A stretch of 41,614 bases of DNA, taken from positions 1 to 41,614 of the forward strand of contig JBBDIN010000048.1 in NCBI GenBank assembly GCA_040880385.1, read 5' to 3'. A program made the translations under genes and the position numbers. Source of the stretch: Thermodesulfobacteriota bacterium (GTDB lineage Bacteria > Desulfobacterota_D > UBA1144 > Nemesobacterales > UBA2774). Below the pieces are notes generated by a model that ran no database searches, was not told where the DNA came from, and worked only from the letters and a program-made list of their open reading frames with translations. Positions 8,384 through 17,978 of the stretch are shown piece after piece (the stretch's first letter is position 1; the number at the start of each line of letters is the position of its first letter).

Positions 8384-8575
8384 ATGAATATATTTAGAAG
8401 TTTACTTTTAGTTTTACTTCTTGCCGTGTCTGTTGCAGGATTATCTGCCTGCCCAAATTCGGATGTTGGAGACGGACCTGCGGAGAATGCTGGTGAAAAG
8501 ATGGATGATGCCGCTGAAGATGTGGGCGATATGATGGAAGACGTGGGTGACAAAGCAAAGGATGCTGTTGATTAA
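8384..8575 (+). CDS. Small acidic lipoprotein
   Basis: RBS AAGGAGGT. Signal and lipobox LLLAVSVAGLSAC are followed by a D/E-rich tail. Confidence 0.65.
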   Translation: MNIFRSLLLVLLLAVSVAGLSACPNSDVGDGPAENAGEKMDDAAEDVGDMMEDVGDKAKDAVD

Positions 8576-8838
8576 GTAGGCAATTTATCCTTTTTTTCAA
8601 TATCAATTCTCTATAACTTAAAGATCACTTTTTATTTATACCTACCTAAAACTCTTAACCTTTGCCATTTTAAATATTTGTTCTGACTATATGTACACAT
8701 ATACAACTGTTAAAGTTTCTACAAATCTTAGAGTCACTTTTTTCTAATTCCTATGCAGATAAAGAGCAGCCGAAAGATGCAGCTGTTACAACAGAACAAA
8801 GTTCTGAAACTAATGAGTATGGTGACGTATCTGGAAAA

Positions 8839-9336
8839 GTGACGGGAATAGACGGAGACACCATCACTGTCAAGGATGAAGATGGCAGCATGCATAAAGT
8901 TAATGTTTCTGGATTTCAGGATATGCAAGAATTGCAAGTCGAGACTCTCGAAGAGGGAGACAGAGTAATTGTAATGTCAAGAAACGCCAAACCCTATGCT
9001 ATCTCTAAAGTAGCAGAGGCTTGGACAGTAGATGTGGACATGCCAGACGTAGATATGCCCGATCTTGCAAATACAACTACTGTAAAGGGTAGAGTTACTG
9101 AAGTTGACGGCGACAAAATTAAGTTTAAGAGCAAAGAGGGCTCCATGCATTCTGTGAAGGTTACCGGTAAGCAGGATATGGCTGAGCTTCAGACTGAAAC
9201 CATTGAAGTTGGTGACATCGTTATTGTTAAGGTTAGAGACGGAAAACCTTATGGTATCAATAAACATCTTGAAGCTTGGTCAGCTTCGGAGCAAGTAGAA
9301 GTAGAGACAGTAGTAGTAGACCCGGCATCTAACTAA
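8839..9336 (+). CDS. Protein made of two tandem ~64 aa repeats; 5' end uncertain
   Basis: Repeat 1 is TGIDGDTITVKDEDGSMHKVNVSGFQDMQELQVETLEEGDRVIVMSRNAKPYAISKVAEAW. Repeat 2 is TEVDGDKIKFKSKEGSMHSVKVTGKQDMAELQTETIEVGDIVIVKVRDGKPYGINKHLEAW. The frame is open from 8713, but there is no ATG before the GTG at 8839. Confidence 0.55.
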   Translation: MTGIDGDTITVKDEDGSMHKVNVSGFQDMQELQVETLEEGDRVIVMSRNAKPYAISKVAEAWTVDVDMPDVDMPDLANTTTVKGRVTEVDGDKIKFKSKEGSMHSVKVTGKQDMAELQTETIEVGDIVIVKVRDGKPYGINKHLEAWSASEQVEVETVVVDPASN

Positions 9337-9528
9337 TAGTTACTTATATTTAGATAAAAATGAGTTCCTAGGGAAATATCCAAAGGGGAAATGGGACAAT
9401 CTTTGAAGGAGGATATTCTATTTCCTCTTTATTTTTGATAGGAACTGGTTCATAATGAAAAAAGAAACGAATTCTCAGGAACTTTTTTTTAAGAAGATGT
9501 TAATCTAATCTAAAGGAGGCAAGAAACT

Positions 9529-9693
9529 ATGTTAAGTTGGGCACTAGCTTTCTTAGTTTTAGCATTGATTGCTGCTTTTTTAGGTTTTAGTGGAATTGCA
9601 GGAGCATCAGCGGGTATAGCTAAGATTTTATTTGTCGTCTTCTTGGTTATTTTTGTAATTTCTCTAATTTTTGGGAGACGACCGCCTGCCTGA
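9529..9693 (+). CDS. DUF1328 (UPF0391, YtjA-like) small membrane protein; not in the ORF track (54 aa)
   Basis: [65 protein letters not shown] matches the family pattern ([18 protein letters not shown]). Stop is TGA at 9691-9693. Confidence 0.85.
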   Translation: MLSWALAFLVLALIAAFLGFSGIAGASAGIAKILFVVFLVIFVISLIFGRRPPA

Positions 9694-9735
9694 GATTATC
9701 TATTAATCATAATCAAGACTTGGTGAGTTAAAATC

Positions 9736-9775
9736 AGAGCGGCTTTTTGAATTTATTTAAAGAGCCGCTCTTTTC
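9736..9775 (+). terminator. Intrinsic terminator
   Basis: Perfect 9-bp stem AGAGCGGCT (9736-9744) / AGCCGCTCT (9763-9771), running into TTTTC. Confidence 0.7.
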
Positions 9776-9864
9776 AATTAAACATTTCAATTTTCAGTAA
9801 ACTTTATATATTTGTTACATAATCCTTTTGAACAATAACTAAATTTGACTCCATTGAGTTCAAT

Positions 9865-11261
9865 ATGAAATTTAAAGAAAGAATCATCAACATTTTAAAG
9901 GACCTTAAATCATTTTTGTGGTTTTTTCGTGCTCTTTGGTATAACGTCGGGTCAAGCTTCTGGTTCTTACCCGCTTTAATGGTTGCCTCTTCTATAGCTT
10001 TTTCCTTTATCATGATATACGTAGATGCCAATATTGTTAAAGTTAGCGGGATAGAATCTTTAGGCTGGATTTACGAAAACAAACCTGAAGGCGCACGTGC
10101 TCTTCTCTCAACTGTAGCAGGATCAATGATAACAGTGGCAGGTGTGGTTTTTTCAATAACAATTGTTGCATTAACCCTAGCCTCTACACAATATGGTCCA
10201 AGACTGCTTGGCAACTTTATGCGAGACAAGGGAAATCAAGTAGTACTTGGAACTTTCATTGCTACCTTCACTTACTGTTTATTGATATTGCGGACTATAA
10301 GAGGAGGGGAGGATAGCTCTTTTATTCCACATCTTTCTGTTACAATTGGGGTACTGTTTGCAATATTTAGTATCAGTGTTTTAATTTATTTTATTCACCA
10401 TGCTGCAACATCTATACAAGCTTCAAATGTAATATCTGGAGTTAGCAAGAATCTTAAACATACTATTGATTTAACATTCCCCGAGAGAATAGGTCAAGGA
10501 AAAACAGAACTCCCAGATTGGTGGAAAACCCCTAATGAATTACCCCTGATTTCGAAGATGATTTATATTCAGTATTGGCATCTGAAAGTGGTTATCTGCG
10601 TACCATCGATAATATCGGAATACTTGATATTGCAATAGATGAAGATCTTATTTTAAAAGTAGAAAACTATCCGGGAGACTTTATTGTAAAAGGCAGCCCG
10701 ATTGTTAGGATATGGCCTGCTAATAAAGTTGATACAGAAATCCAAAGTAAGATTAGAGGTACTTTATTAATTGGGAACCAACGTACAAGTGAGCAGGATA
10801 CAGAATTTGCGATAGATCAGTTAGTAGAGATTGCCGTTAGATCTCTTTCCCCGGGAATTAATGACCCTTTTACAGCTATTATGTGTATTGATCATCTTTC
10901 TGTAGCACTCAGCAAAGTGGGAGATAGAGTAATTCCTTCAGTCTTTCGATATGATAAAAACAACAAATTAAGAGTTATAGCCAAACCAAAGACTTTTGAT
11001 GATTTGATGAACTCTGCCTTTAACCAGATACGTCAATATGGAAGGACAAGTGTTTCTGTAACTATCCGTCTTCTTGAAAGCTTAATTGTCATTGCTTCCA
11101 ATACAGATAGAGATAGGGATAAGAAGTCGATAAGACAGCATGCGGAAATGATAAAGAGAGGTAGCGATGAAGCATTGCCAGAGGAACTGGACAGAAAAGA
11201 CGTTGATCAAAGATACATGCAGTTGATAGCTATATTAGATGGTAGAGGAGAGTCTATATAG
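9865..11261 (+). pseudogene. DUF2254-family membrane protein gene split by a frameshift near 10520-10545
   Basis: ORFs 9865..10638 and 10575..11261 overlap in different frames. The N-part has FWFLPALMVASS...STQYGPRLLGNFMRDKGNQVVLGTF. The C-part continues with SESGYLRTIDNIGILDIA...PGDFIVKGSPI. Together they give ~460 aa, the usual family length. The second frame is open from 10539. Confidence 0.75.
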
Positions 11262-11441
11262 TCGATAGTCATTATTTTCTGTAAAGTAGAATTTCTAATG
11301 ATAACTAAATTAACTAACCAAACTATATTCTTGAAAGATTTTATTATCAATACTTCAATAATTGTAATATTCAGGGGTTCTAAGTGTATCTAATAACCCA
11401 GCTGATCGGTATAAGTCTTACATTCCACTATTATAAAATGT

Positions 11442-11861
11442 TCAAGAAAAGGCTAGTTGGATATGATTAATTTGAAAGTTGCGCTTAATTAAACGGGTAA
11501 AATCTTGTCTATTTAACTCTAATATTTTTGTTCGGAATGTGTCCACTAAGGGACCCCATACCGTACTCTCGTTCATTTCAGCTAGTAGATTGAACGGTTC
11601 TTGGTAATCATAACAGAGACTTACACCATCCCAAGTAACGTTCAGAAGTACTGTTTTGATAAGAAGCCTTCTTTCCTCATGTTCTGAACATTTGAATAAC
11701 TCACTACTGTGTTGAGCAAGTTTAAGTATATAATCTACGGTTATATAGAAATCTTTGTCAACTTCATCAACTCTCTTTAATTTATCGTCAATTATCTGCA
11801 AATCGGAATCATACTGTTTCAATTTTGCTTCATAAATTTCCTTAGTAATGTAATCCACCAC
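11442..11861 (-). pseudogene. C-terminal remnant of a second large serine recombinase
   Basis: YITKEIYEAKLKQYDSDLQIIDDKLKRV...ELFKCSEHEERRLLIKTVLLNVTWDGVSLCYDYQEPFNLLAEM matches the coiled-coil and C-terminal pattern of large serine recombinases. A TAA lies immediately upstream (11862-11864). The catalytic, recombinase and zinc-ribbon parts are absent. Confidence 0.55.
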
Positions 11862-12115
11862 TTAAAGAAAGAGCCATAAGTAAAATACTTAACTAACACT
11901 GTGAGCAGTTGTAAGTTACGAGTTTAGAAGAATATCAACTGCTTCACTCAAATACTCAATCTTGTAATACATAACAAGATAAGCAAGTATCAGAAATTAC
12001 TACAAAATAATCGAGTAAAATACTATATTAAACGTTGCATTGATCAATTATACTCAAACCTATTAAGAGAACATTTCTGATAATTTGGATAATTTTAAGG
12101 GAGGTCATTTCCACA

Positions 12116-13033
12116 ATGAAAAGTTTTTTAACGTCAAGGTATCACTTACATACTGTTGTGATTTTATTACTTGCTTTAAACTTCGTAGCTTTGACAATGG
12201 TGGGAGGTTGTAACAATAACAACGGTAGTAGTAAAAGACCTGAAAATGAGCCTAATAACAGTTTTGAAGATTGCACTTTGGTCAGTTCCAATGTAGGAAT
12301 ACGGGGCAGTATTGATCCAGAGGGAGACGAAGATTATTTCTGTTTTGATGTCGAAGCTGGAACGATGGTTTCGGCAGATCTTATGCCAAACGGTGACCTC
12401 AATCCGATCCTTGAGTTATTCGGACCGGGTCCCGGATTTCCACTATTGGATGCGGGATCAACTTTTGTCGAATCTATTGTTGGCGTAGCCGGTAGATACT
12501 ATGTAGTTGTGGGAGACATATCAGATAACGGTGGTTCAGATTATACATATATGTTATTTATAAGTTCTACTGGTCCGACACCTCCTCCAACGGTTTCACC
12601 AACGGCAAGCCCTACTCCGACACCAACAGCGCCACCTACGGGTATGCCGACCTTGCCTCCACCTACGGCAACACCAAGTCCAACTCCTACTCCAACTCCT
12701 ACTCCGACAGCTACACCTACACCTAGTCCAACTCCCGCGCCTATGATACATGATGTAAGTATGATTGATAGCGAATTTATGCCTGCGGATATTACCATAA
12801 CAGTTGGTGACACTGTAAGATGGACAAACAATGGATCATTGAATCACACTGCGCAAGATGATAATGATACTATATTTAATTCCAATGATGATTTCCCACT
12901 TCCATCTGGAATGACACCGGGTGATATGTTTGAATTTACATTCAATTCAGAAGCGGAAATCGACTATTTCTGTATTTTCCACGGTGGACCCGGAGGAATA
13001 GGAATGTCAGGAACAATAAAGGTTGAGCCATAA
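12116..13033 (+). CDS. Lipoprotein with a PPC-like (pre-peptidase C-terminal type) domain, a Pro/Thr linker and a C-terminal cupredoxin domain
   Basis: Lipobox MVGGC. EPNNSFEDCT...GSIDPEGDEDYFCFDV is PPC-like. The PT-rich linker is at nt 12569-12744. The cupredoxin end has GDTVRWTNNGSLNHT...DYFCIFHGGPGGIGMSGTIKVEP, giving His, Cys, His and Met ligands. Confidence 0.8.
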   Translation: MKSFLTSRYHLHTVVILLLALNFVALTMVGGCNNNNGSSKRPENEPNNSFEDCTLVSSNVGIRGSIDPEGDEDYFCFDVEAGTMVSADLMPNGDLNPILELFGPGPGFPLLDAGSTFVESIVGVAGRYYVVVGDISDNGGSDYTYMLFISSTGPTPPPTVSPTASPTPTPTAPPTGMPTLPPPTATPSPTPTPTPTPTATPTPSPTPAPMIHDVSMIDSEFMPADITITVGDTVRWTNNGSLNHTAQDDNDTIFNSNDDFPLPSGMTPGDMFEFTFNSEAEIDYFCIFHGGPGGIGMSGTIKVEP

Positions 13034-13072
13034 AAAGATAGATTAACGAAGAAGCTCATCTTTATTAACTAT

Positions 13073-13116
13073 ATCCCCATTTCTTGTCATACACAGGGAA
13101 TGGGGATGTTTGTTTT
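13073..13116 (+). terminator. Intrinsic terminator
   Basis: Perfect 9-bp stem ATCCCCATT (13073-13081) / AATGGGGAT (13099-13107), then GTTTGTTTT. Confidence 0.65.
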
Positions 13117-13248
13117 GACTGACCTCTTGAATTTTTTTACGGAACAACGTATTTAATAAGTAACTTTGTTTGATGTTATTGAACATTAATACTTTATATG
13201 CAAAAAGCTGACCAGATCATTTGCGGGGCTGGGGAATATTAGAGTCTG

Positions 13249-13866
13249 ATGAAAAGAATATTGCCGGTTGTAATCATAATTGTCATTATTCTGGGGCTTG
13301 GGTATTTCACGTTATCCAAATATGACGAATACCGGAGCGATAAAAGATTCTATGGCATTTATTACGGAAAAAATGCCCCGGACTTTACATTAAGGGACCA
13401 GGACAGCAACCCTGTCAGTCTTGATCAGTTCAAAGGAAAGGATGTATTGCTATCATTCGGATACACGAGCTGTCCCGATATATGCCCTACAACCCTCGCG
13501 AAGCTAAATAATATTATGGATCTACTAGAAGACTCCAAGCACAAGGTGCAAGTTCTATTCATTACAATCGATCCCGAAAGAGATACGGGGAAAAGACTAA
13601 AGGAATTCATTCCATACTTTAATGAAAATTTTATCGGCTTGACTGGAAATGAGGAAGATATAAGAAAAGTCGCAAATTCATATTCGGTATTTTATCAAAA
13701 ATCTAATTCAGGTAATTCTGAAGCGTTCTATTTCATGGACCATACGCAAACTGTGTACCTGATAAATCAAAACGGAAAGCTGGTATTGATTTATCCCTTC
13801 GAGAATCTCTCTCCTGAGAAAATAGTTTCCGATATTAACAGAACTTTCCAAACAACAGATGGTTAG
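13249..13866 (+). CDS. SCO1/SenC-family copper chaperone (thioredoxin fold)
   Basis: N-terminal TM anchor, FGYTSCPDICPTT (CxxxC copper site) and downstream MDHT histidine. Length is typical. Confidence 0.9.
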   Translation: MKRILPVVIIIVIILGLGYFTLSKYDEYRSDKRFYGIYYGKNAPDFTLRDQDSNPVSLDQFKGKDVLLSFGYTSCPDICPTTLAKLNNIMDLLEDSKHKVQVLFITIDPERDTGKRLKEFIPYFNENFIGLTGNEEDIRKVANSYSVFYQKSNSGNSEAFYFMDHTQTVYLINQNGKLVLIYPFENLSPEKIVSDINRTFQTTDG

Positions 13867-13898
13867 TAATTTGTCGTGTGGTTGTTTGTATAGATGTT

Positions 13899-15047
13899 TT
13901 AAAAAGGGGGGGAACAGAACTCAGATGAGAGGCTTGCGTCAGTAGGATCCCAAATATAATTACCATTTAAATTAATATAACCCATCTTGTGCTGCTGATA
14001 AACGCGGGCAAAACCATTTTTAAAGTTAGATGCTCCATCAAATTTGGGCTCAATAACTATTTTTCCTTTTTTGTTTATATATCCAACTTTATGATCCAGT
14101 GATACAAATGCTAGTTCTTCCGAAAAATCCGAGGCTCCGTCAAATCTGGGTTTAATTATCATTTCGCCGGTAGTATCGATGTAGCCGACTTTGTTGTTTA
14201 CCGTAACTCTCGCCATTCCATCTGAAAAACTCCAAGCTTTCTGATATTTGGGTTCTATCACCATATTGCCGTGCTTGTCGATAAACCCATTTTTACCATT
14301 TAATTTAATAAGAGCAAGTCCTTCTTTAAAGTCGACAGCATAATCATATTCTGGCTTTATAACTAATTGGTTCTCTTTATTAATAAAACCATGCTTTCCG
14401 TCTACTGCCACACGCGCCAGACCTTCAGTGAAGCTCGATGCGCTACTCCAGGACAGCTGTATGACATATTCTCCCTCTTTGTTTATAAATCCCCTCGTGC
14501 CGTCGACCACAACCAGCGCGAGACCCTCCGAGAAATTATTTGCAATATCGAAAACCGGCTCAATTACCATATTGCCGCTTTTGTCGATGAACCCATACTT
14601 GCTGTTAATATTTACGACAGCCAACCCTTCGGAATATCCCCAGGTATTGTTAAAATCGTCCCTCGTAACCATTTTCCCGGTTTTATCGATGTAACCTCTT
14701 TTCCCGTTTATTACGACAAGAGCCATACCTTCTGAGAAATCGGTTGCCCCGTCAAAAACAGGCTCTATCACTATATCACCATTTCTATCTATATATCCGT
14801 ACTTTGTTCCTATGAGTATACGTGCTAGGCTATCTGAAAATTCTGACGCAACATCAAATTTTGGAAGTATCTCAATATCACCCGAGGATTTTATAAATCC
14901 AACTTTCCCTTCAAGAACAACTGGCAACAGCTCTTCACTACTTGAGAGCGCGACATCATCTGCATTCTCCCTGCAGGATACTGCAAGGAATATGAAAAAA
15001 CTGACCACTATAATGAGCTTATAGTCAATGTATTCAGCAATTCTCAT
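13899..15047 (-). CDS. WG-repeat (KWG-type) lipoprotein
   Basis: Lipobox LAVSC. About ten repeats of the pattern GK.GFIDK.G..VI.P.FD.A..FSEGLA.V. Confidence 0.85.
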   Translation of the reverse strand: MRIAEYIDYKLIIVVSFFIFLAVSCRENADDVALSSSEELLPVVLEGKVGFIKSSGDIEILPKFDVASEFSDSLARILIGTKYGYIDRNGDIVIEPVFDGATDFSEGMALVVINGKRGYIDKTGKMVTRDDFNNTWGYSEGLAVVNINSKYGFIDKSGNMVIEPVFDIANNFSEGLALVVVDGTRGFINKEGEYVIQLSWSSASSFTEGLARVAVDGKHGFINKENQLVIKPEYDYAVDFKEGLALIKLNGKNGFIDKHGNMVIEPKYQKAWSFSDGMARVTVNNKVGYIDTTGEMIIKPRFDGASDFSEELAFVSLDHKVGYINKKGKIVIEPKFDGASNFKNGFARVYQQHKMGYINLNGNYIWDPTDASLSSEFCSPPF

Positions 15048-15189
15048 AAAATATATTATACCATATTATCAGTTCTCAATAATGTTATATGCGGGAGTTT
15101 ACTCATGTAATTAACCTTCGTGAATAGGGAGATAAATTAACCTAGGGGTTATGTCTGTACCATTTGAGTCCAGTTCTAGTAAAACTTCT

Positions 15190-16788
15190 CTATACAACTT
15201 CGTAATTTATCATCATCCCCTGATCCTCATGCTCTAGGTTATGGCAATGGAAGAGGTAGAGTTGTTCGCCGGGAAAATCCAAATCGAAACGGATAGCATA
15301 TTTTACACTTTCTCCAGGCCAGACGAGAACCACATCCTTCCAACCCAAATCAGCCGGCATCCTACCCTGAGAGTCGATAGCCATATCGCTGACCTGCTGT
15401 GGGCTGTTAATGCGCTCAAGTATCTGGAACTGAAAAGCATGTATGTGAATAGGGTGGGGCATGGCAAGGGGCCCGTTCTGAATTGTCCAGATTTCTGTAG
15501 TATTCCTTTCTACTGTTATAGGCACTTGCTCCGGGTTGAATCTGAAGTTGTCAATAAACCAGGTGCCTTCAATAGGATTTGGCAGAGTAACTAATCTTTC
15601 GCCAGCGCCTATAGTATCAATGGGGACGATTTTGGAAAGTACAGCGGGAATCTGGCGGCTATAATTTGTTTCATTAGTTACTTTAAATTTCATTACAAAG
15701 AACTCTTCGCCGTTCATAAGAGTAGAGGGCTGGTTGAAGTCCAAGTCTATGAGAGCAGGGTCCATTGGGTCAAACTCAAGGCTCTTAAGATAGATGTCAT
15801 CGCCCAGTTGATGTCCTCTGAAATCAACGAGTATATCTACCCTTTCGGCTACACCGATAAAGACCTCACTGGCTTCATATGGTTTGTCCAAGAGTCCTCC
15901 GTCGTTTCCTATGATATTAAACGGCAGTTTCACAGAGTCTTTAGTAATGGCAAGTCTGTAAGTTCTTGAGTTGGATGAATTAAGTATCCTGAGTCTATAG
16001 ATTCTGGTATCAACATCCAGGAATGGTTTGATTGTATTGTTTACAAGTATTCTGTCTCCTAGTACCCCAATTGTTTGAATCATGGGGTTGATATCGAAAA
16101 CGAGCTGCCCGTCTTCATCAAAGTTCCGGTCTTGCAGGTTTAAAGGTAATTCGGTTTGTCCTAGCTCAAGGTCAAGGGCGTTCCCAAGAGCATCGTCATT
16201 TTCATCCTCTACTATAAAAAAACTGCCGAGTCCAAAGTATGCCTGCTCTCCGACAAGTCTGTCCGGATGTGGATGATACCAATATGTAGCTGCTCTGTTT
16301 ATAACCTGATAATTGTAATTATAGGAAGTGTTAGGAGAAATAGCATTATTAGGATGACCATCATTTACCTGATCCAATTTGAGCCCATGCCAGTGAATTA
16401 TGGTTTCCTCATCCAATTCGTTAAACAATGTCGCATCTATGGCATCACCCTTTCTAAGTCTGAAAATCGGGTTATAAAAAATTCTATCCCCTGTATTTAC
16501 TTCGTAAAGGTATGTAGAAGCTAGCTTGCCAGGTATTATTTCCGTTTCAGTTTCCTTGGGAGTAATTAGAAAAGGAGAGTCCGGATGAAACAAACCGTAA
16601 AGCCCCTGATCCTCGGGAACGAAGAGCTGATTAATAAAATCTTTAGGCGATCTGGGATCCAGATTCATGCCAGAACCTCCACCGCCATTACCATTGCTGT
16701 CGCAAGAATTGAAAACTATTCCTCCGCCTCCCACGGCAAGGTATGTCCCTCCCAAGCTTATTAGCTTTACAAAATCTCTTCTCTTCAT
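15190..16788 (-). CDS. Tat-exported multicopper oxidase (CueO/laccase-like)
   Basis: Twin-arginine MKRRDFVKL. Copper motifs HWHG, WYHPH, HPIHIHA and HCHNLEHEDQGMM. An alternative start is at 16809. Confidence 0.9.
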   Translation of the reverse strand: MKRRDFVKLISLGGTYLAVGGGGIVFNSCDSNGNGGGGSGMNLDPRSPKDFINQLFVPEDQGLYGLFHPDSPFLITPKETETEIIPGKLASTYLYEVNTGDRIFYNPIFRLRKGDAIDATLFNELDEETIIHWHGLKLDQVNDGHPNNAISPNTSYNYNYQVINRAATYWYHPHPDRLVGEQAYFGLGSFFIVEDENDDALGNALDLELGQTELPLNLQDRNFDEDGQLVFDINPMIQTIGVLGDRILVNNTIKPFLDVDTRIYRLRILNSSNSRTYRLAITKDSVKLPFNIIGNDGGLLDKPYEASEVFIGVAERVDILVDFRGHQLGDDIYLKSLEFDPMDPALIDLDFNQPSTLMNGEEFFVMKFKVTNETNYSRQIPAVLSKIVPIDTIGAGERLVTLPNPIEGTWFIDNFRFNPEQVPITVERNTTEIWTIQNGPLAMPHPIHIHAFQFQILERINSPQQVSDMAIDSQGRMPADLGWKDVVLVWPGESVKYAIRFDLDFPGEQLYLFHCHNLEHEDQGMMINYEVV

Positions 16789-16896
16789 GACAAAAGTCTT
16801 CCTCCTCATTAATTTGACTCAATAATTTAGGATCAGGGTCAATAGTAACACACTGAGTATAAAATCTATGTTATATACAAAAAACTTTAGATGACT

Positions 16897-17847
16897 TTAG
16901 TTTTTCTTTTCCTCCTGGCTTTTCGCATTGTCATTTTTACCCGGTATTACCTCTTCCTCCACTTTTACCTTATACATCATGGGCTTTCCTGTTTTGTAAA
17001 GTCTGAACCTTGCAAGCGCTTGCTCTTTTGAAGCTTCTGAAGCCTTTTCATCATAGGTGATTGTTATTTCATCGGGGGCCTTAAACCGTACTTCCGGTAT
17101 ATCGACATTTTCCTCTATATTCGTTGCAGTTAGTTCGCTAGTCATAGTAAACTGCTCTGTTGTCATCTTAAGCGGTATTTTGGCTTCAGTCCATATCCAG
17201 GTTTTTCTGTAATAAGGAGGATCGGTTTCTGCCTGGACTGCGGTCATGAAATTCTCCTCGGTTGGTTTTTCTCCGAATTCATATACATCGCATTTCCTGC
17301 CTAAGATTTCGCCAGTACCTGTTTTCTTGCCTAATCCGGAAATATCGAGGGAAACAATTCTTCTTCTGTCCATCCTTTCATGAAAGGCTTTTTTCTCCTC
17401 TATTGATAATTTGTCGTACTCAGGTTTGGTATGCCTAGTTGAGTTGTCAATTTTTATGCCGGTTCCATCCACAACATCGATATGATAAACATGATCAGGG
17501 AGAATTATCTGAATCCTTTCAACTTTCCCAGATGTTCTATCATCAGCCGGCAGGGCCATATTGATCGTCTTTGCAAATTTATCGCCCTCAATATAGACGG
17601 TTTCAGTACCCTCATAGGATTTTTTTTCGCCTCCAGGGTGTCCGTATTCAGTCTTGCCTTTATACTTGATTACTACGCTTTCAAACGGATAGTACTTTAC
17701 GTAAGGATTAGGAAATTTTACATCGCTGCTCTGGCTGTCCTGCGCCTCAGCGTAGGGTGAATGAACAAGTAAGAGCATGTAACAGACCGCAAAGAATAAA
17801 AAACTCAAACTCTTTGGATATAATCGGGCAATATTAATATTAAACAA
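16897..17847 (-). CDS. Secreted hypothetical protein
   Basis: GGAGG lies 8 nt before a TTG at 17847, giving the signal peptide (M)FNINIARLYPKSLSFLFFAVCYMLLLVHSPYAEA. The track ORF starts at 17877. No motif recognised. Confidence 0.6.
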   Translation of the reverse strand: MFNINIARLYPKSLSFLFFAVCYMLLLVHSPYAEAQDSQSSDVKFPNPYVKYYPFESVVIKYKGKTEYGHPGGEKKSYEGTETVYIEGDKFAKTINMALPADDRTSGKVERIQIILPDHVYHIDVVDGTGIKIDNSTRHTKPEYDKLSIEEKKAFHERMDRRRIVSLDISGLGKKTGTGEILGRKCDVYEFGEKPTEENFMTAVQAETDPPYYRKTWIWTEAKIPLKMTTEQFTMTSELTATNIEENVDIPEVRFKAPDEITITYDEKASEASKEQALARFRLYKTGKPMMYKVKVEEEVIPGKNDNAKSQEEKKN

Positions 17848-17978
17848 GGGAATAACCTCCGTACAATATTTTATCAAATAATACCGTTAAAGACTACACT
17901 TATATACAGCCAAAAAAAGAGGGGAGACTCTTTATAATTAAGTCTCCCCTCAATTATTTTCACTACAATTTTCGTTTA

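Noticed and set aside
12541-12831. Minus-strand ORF encoding a Gly/Val-rich peptide
   Set aside because: It is the reverse complement of the Pro/Thr linker of the cupredoxin lipoprotein gene, so it is a shadow ORF.
14367-15024. Plus-strand ORFs inside the WG-repeat gene. The same applies to nested ORFs inside the recombinase, oxidase, haem-lipoprotein, kinase, argH and Suc_Fer-like genes.
   Set aside because: Each is fully contained in a longer ORF that has clear family motifs on the other strand or frame. None has a motif of its own.
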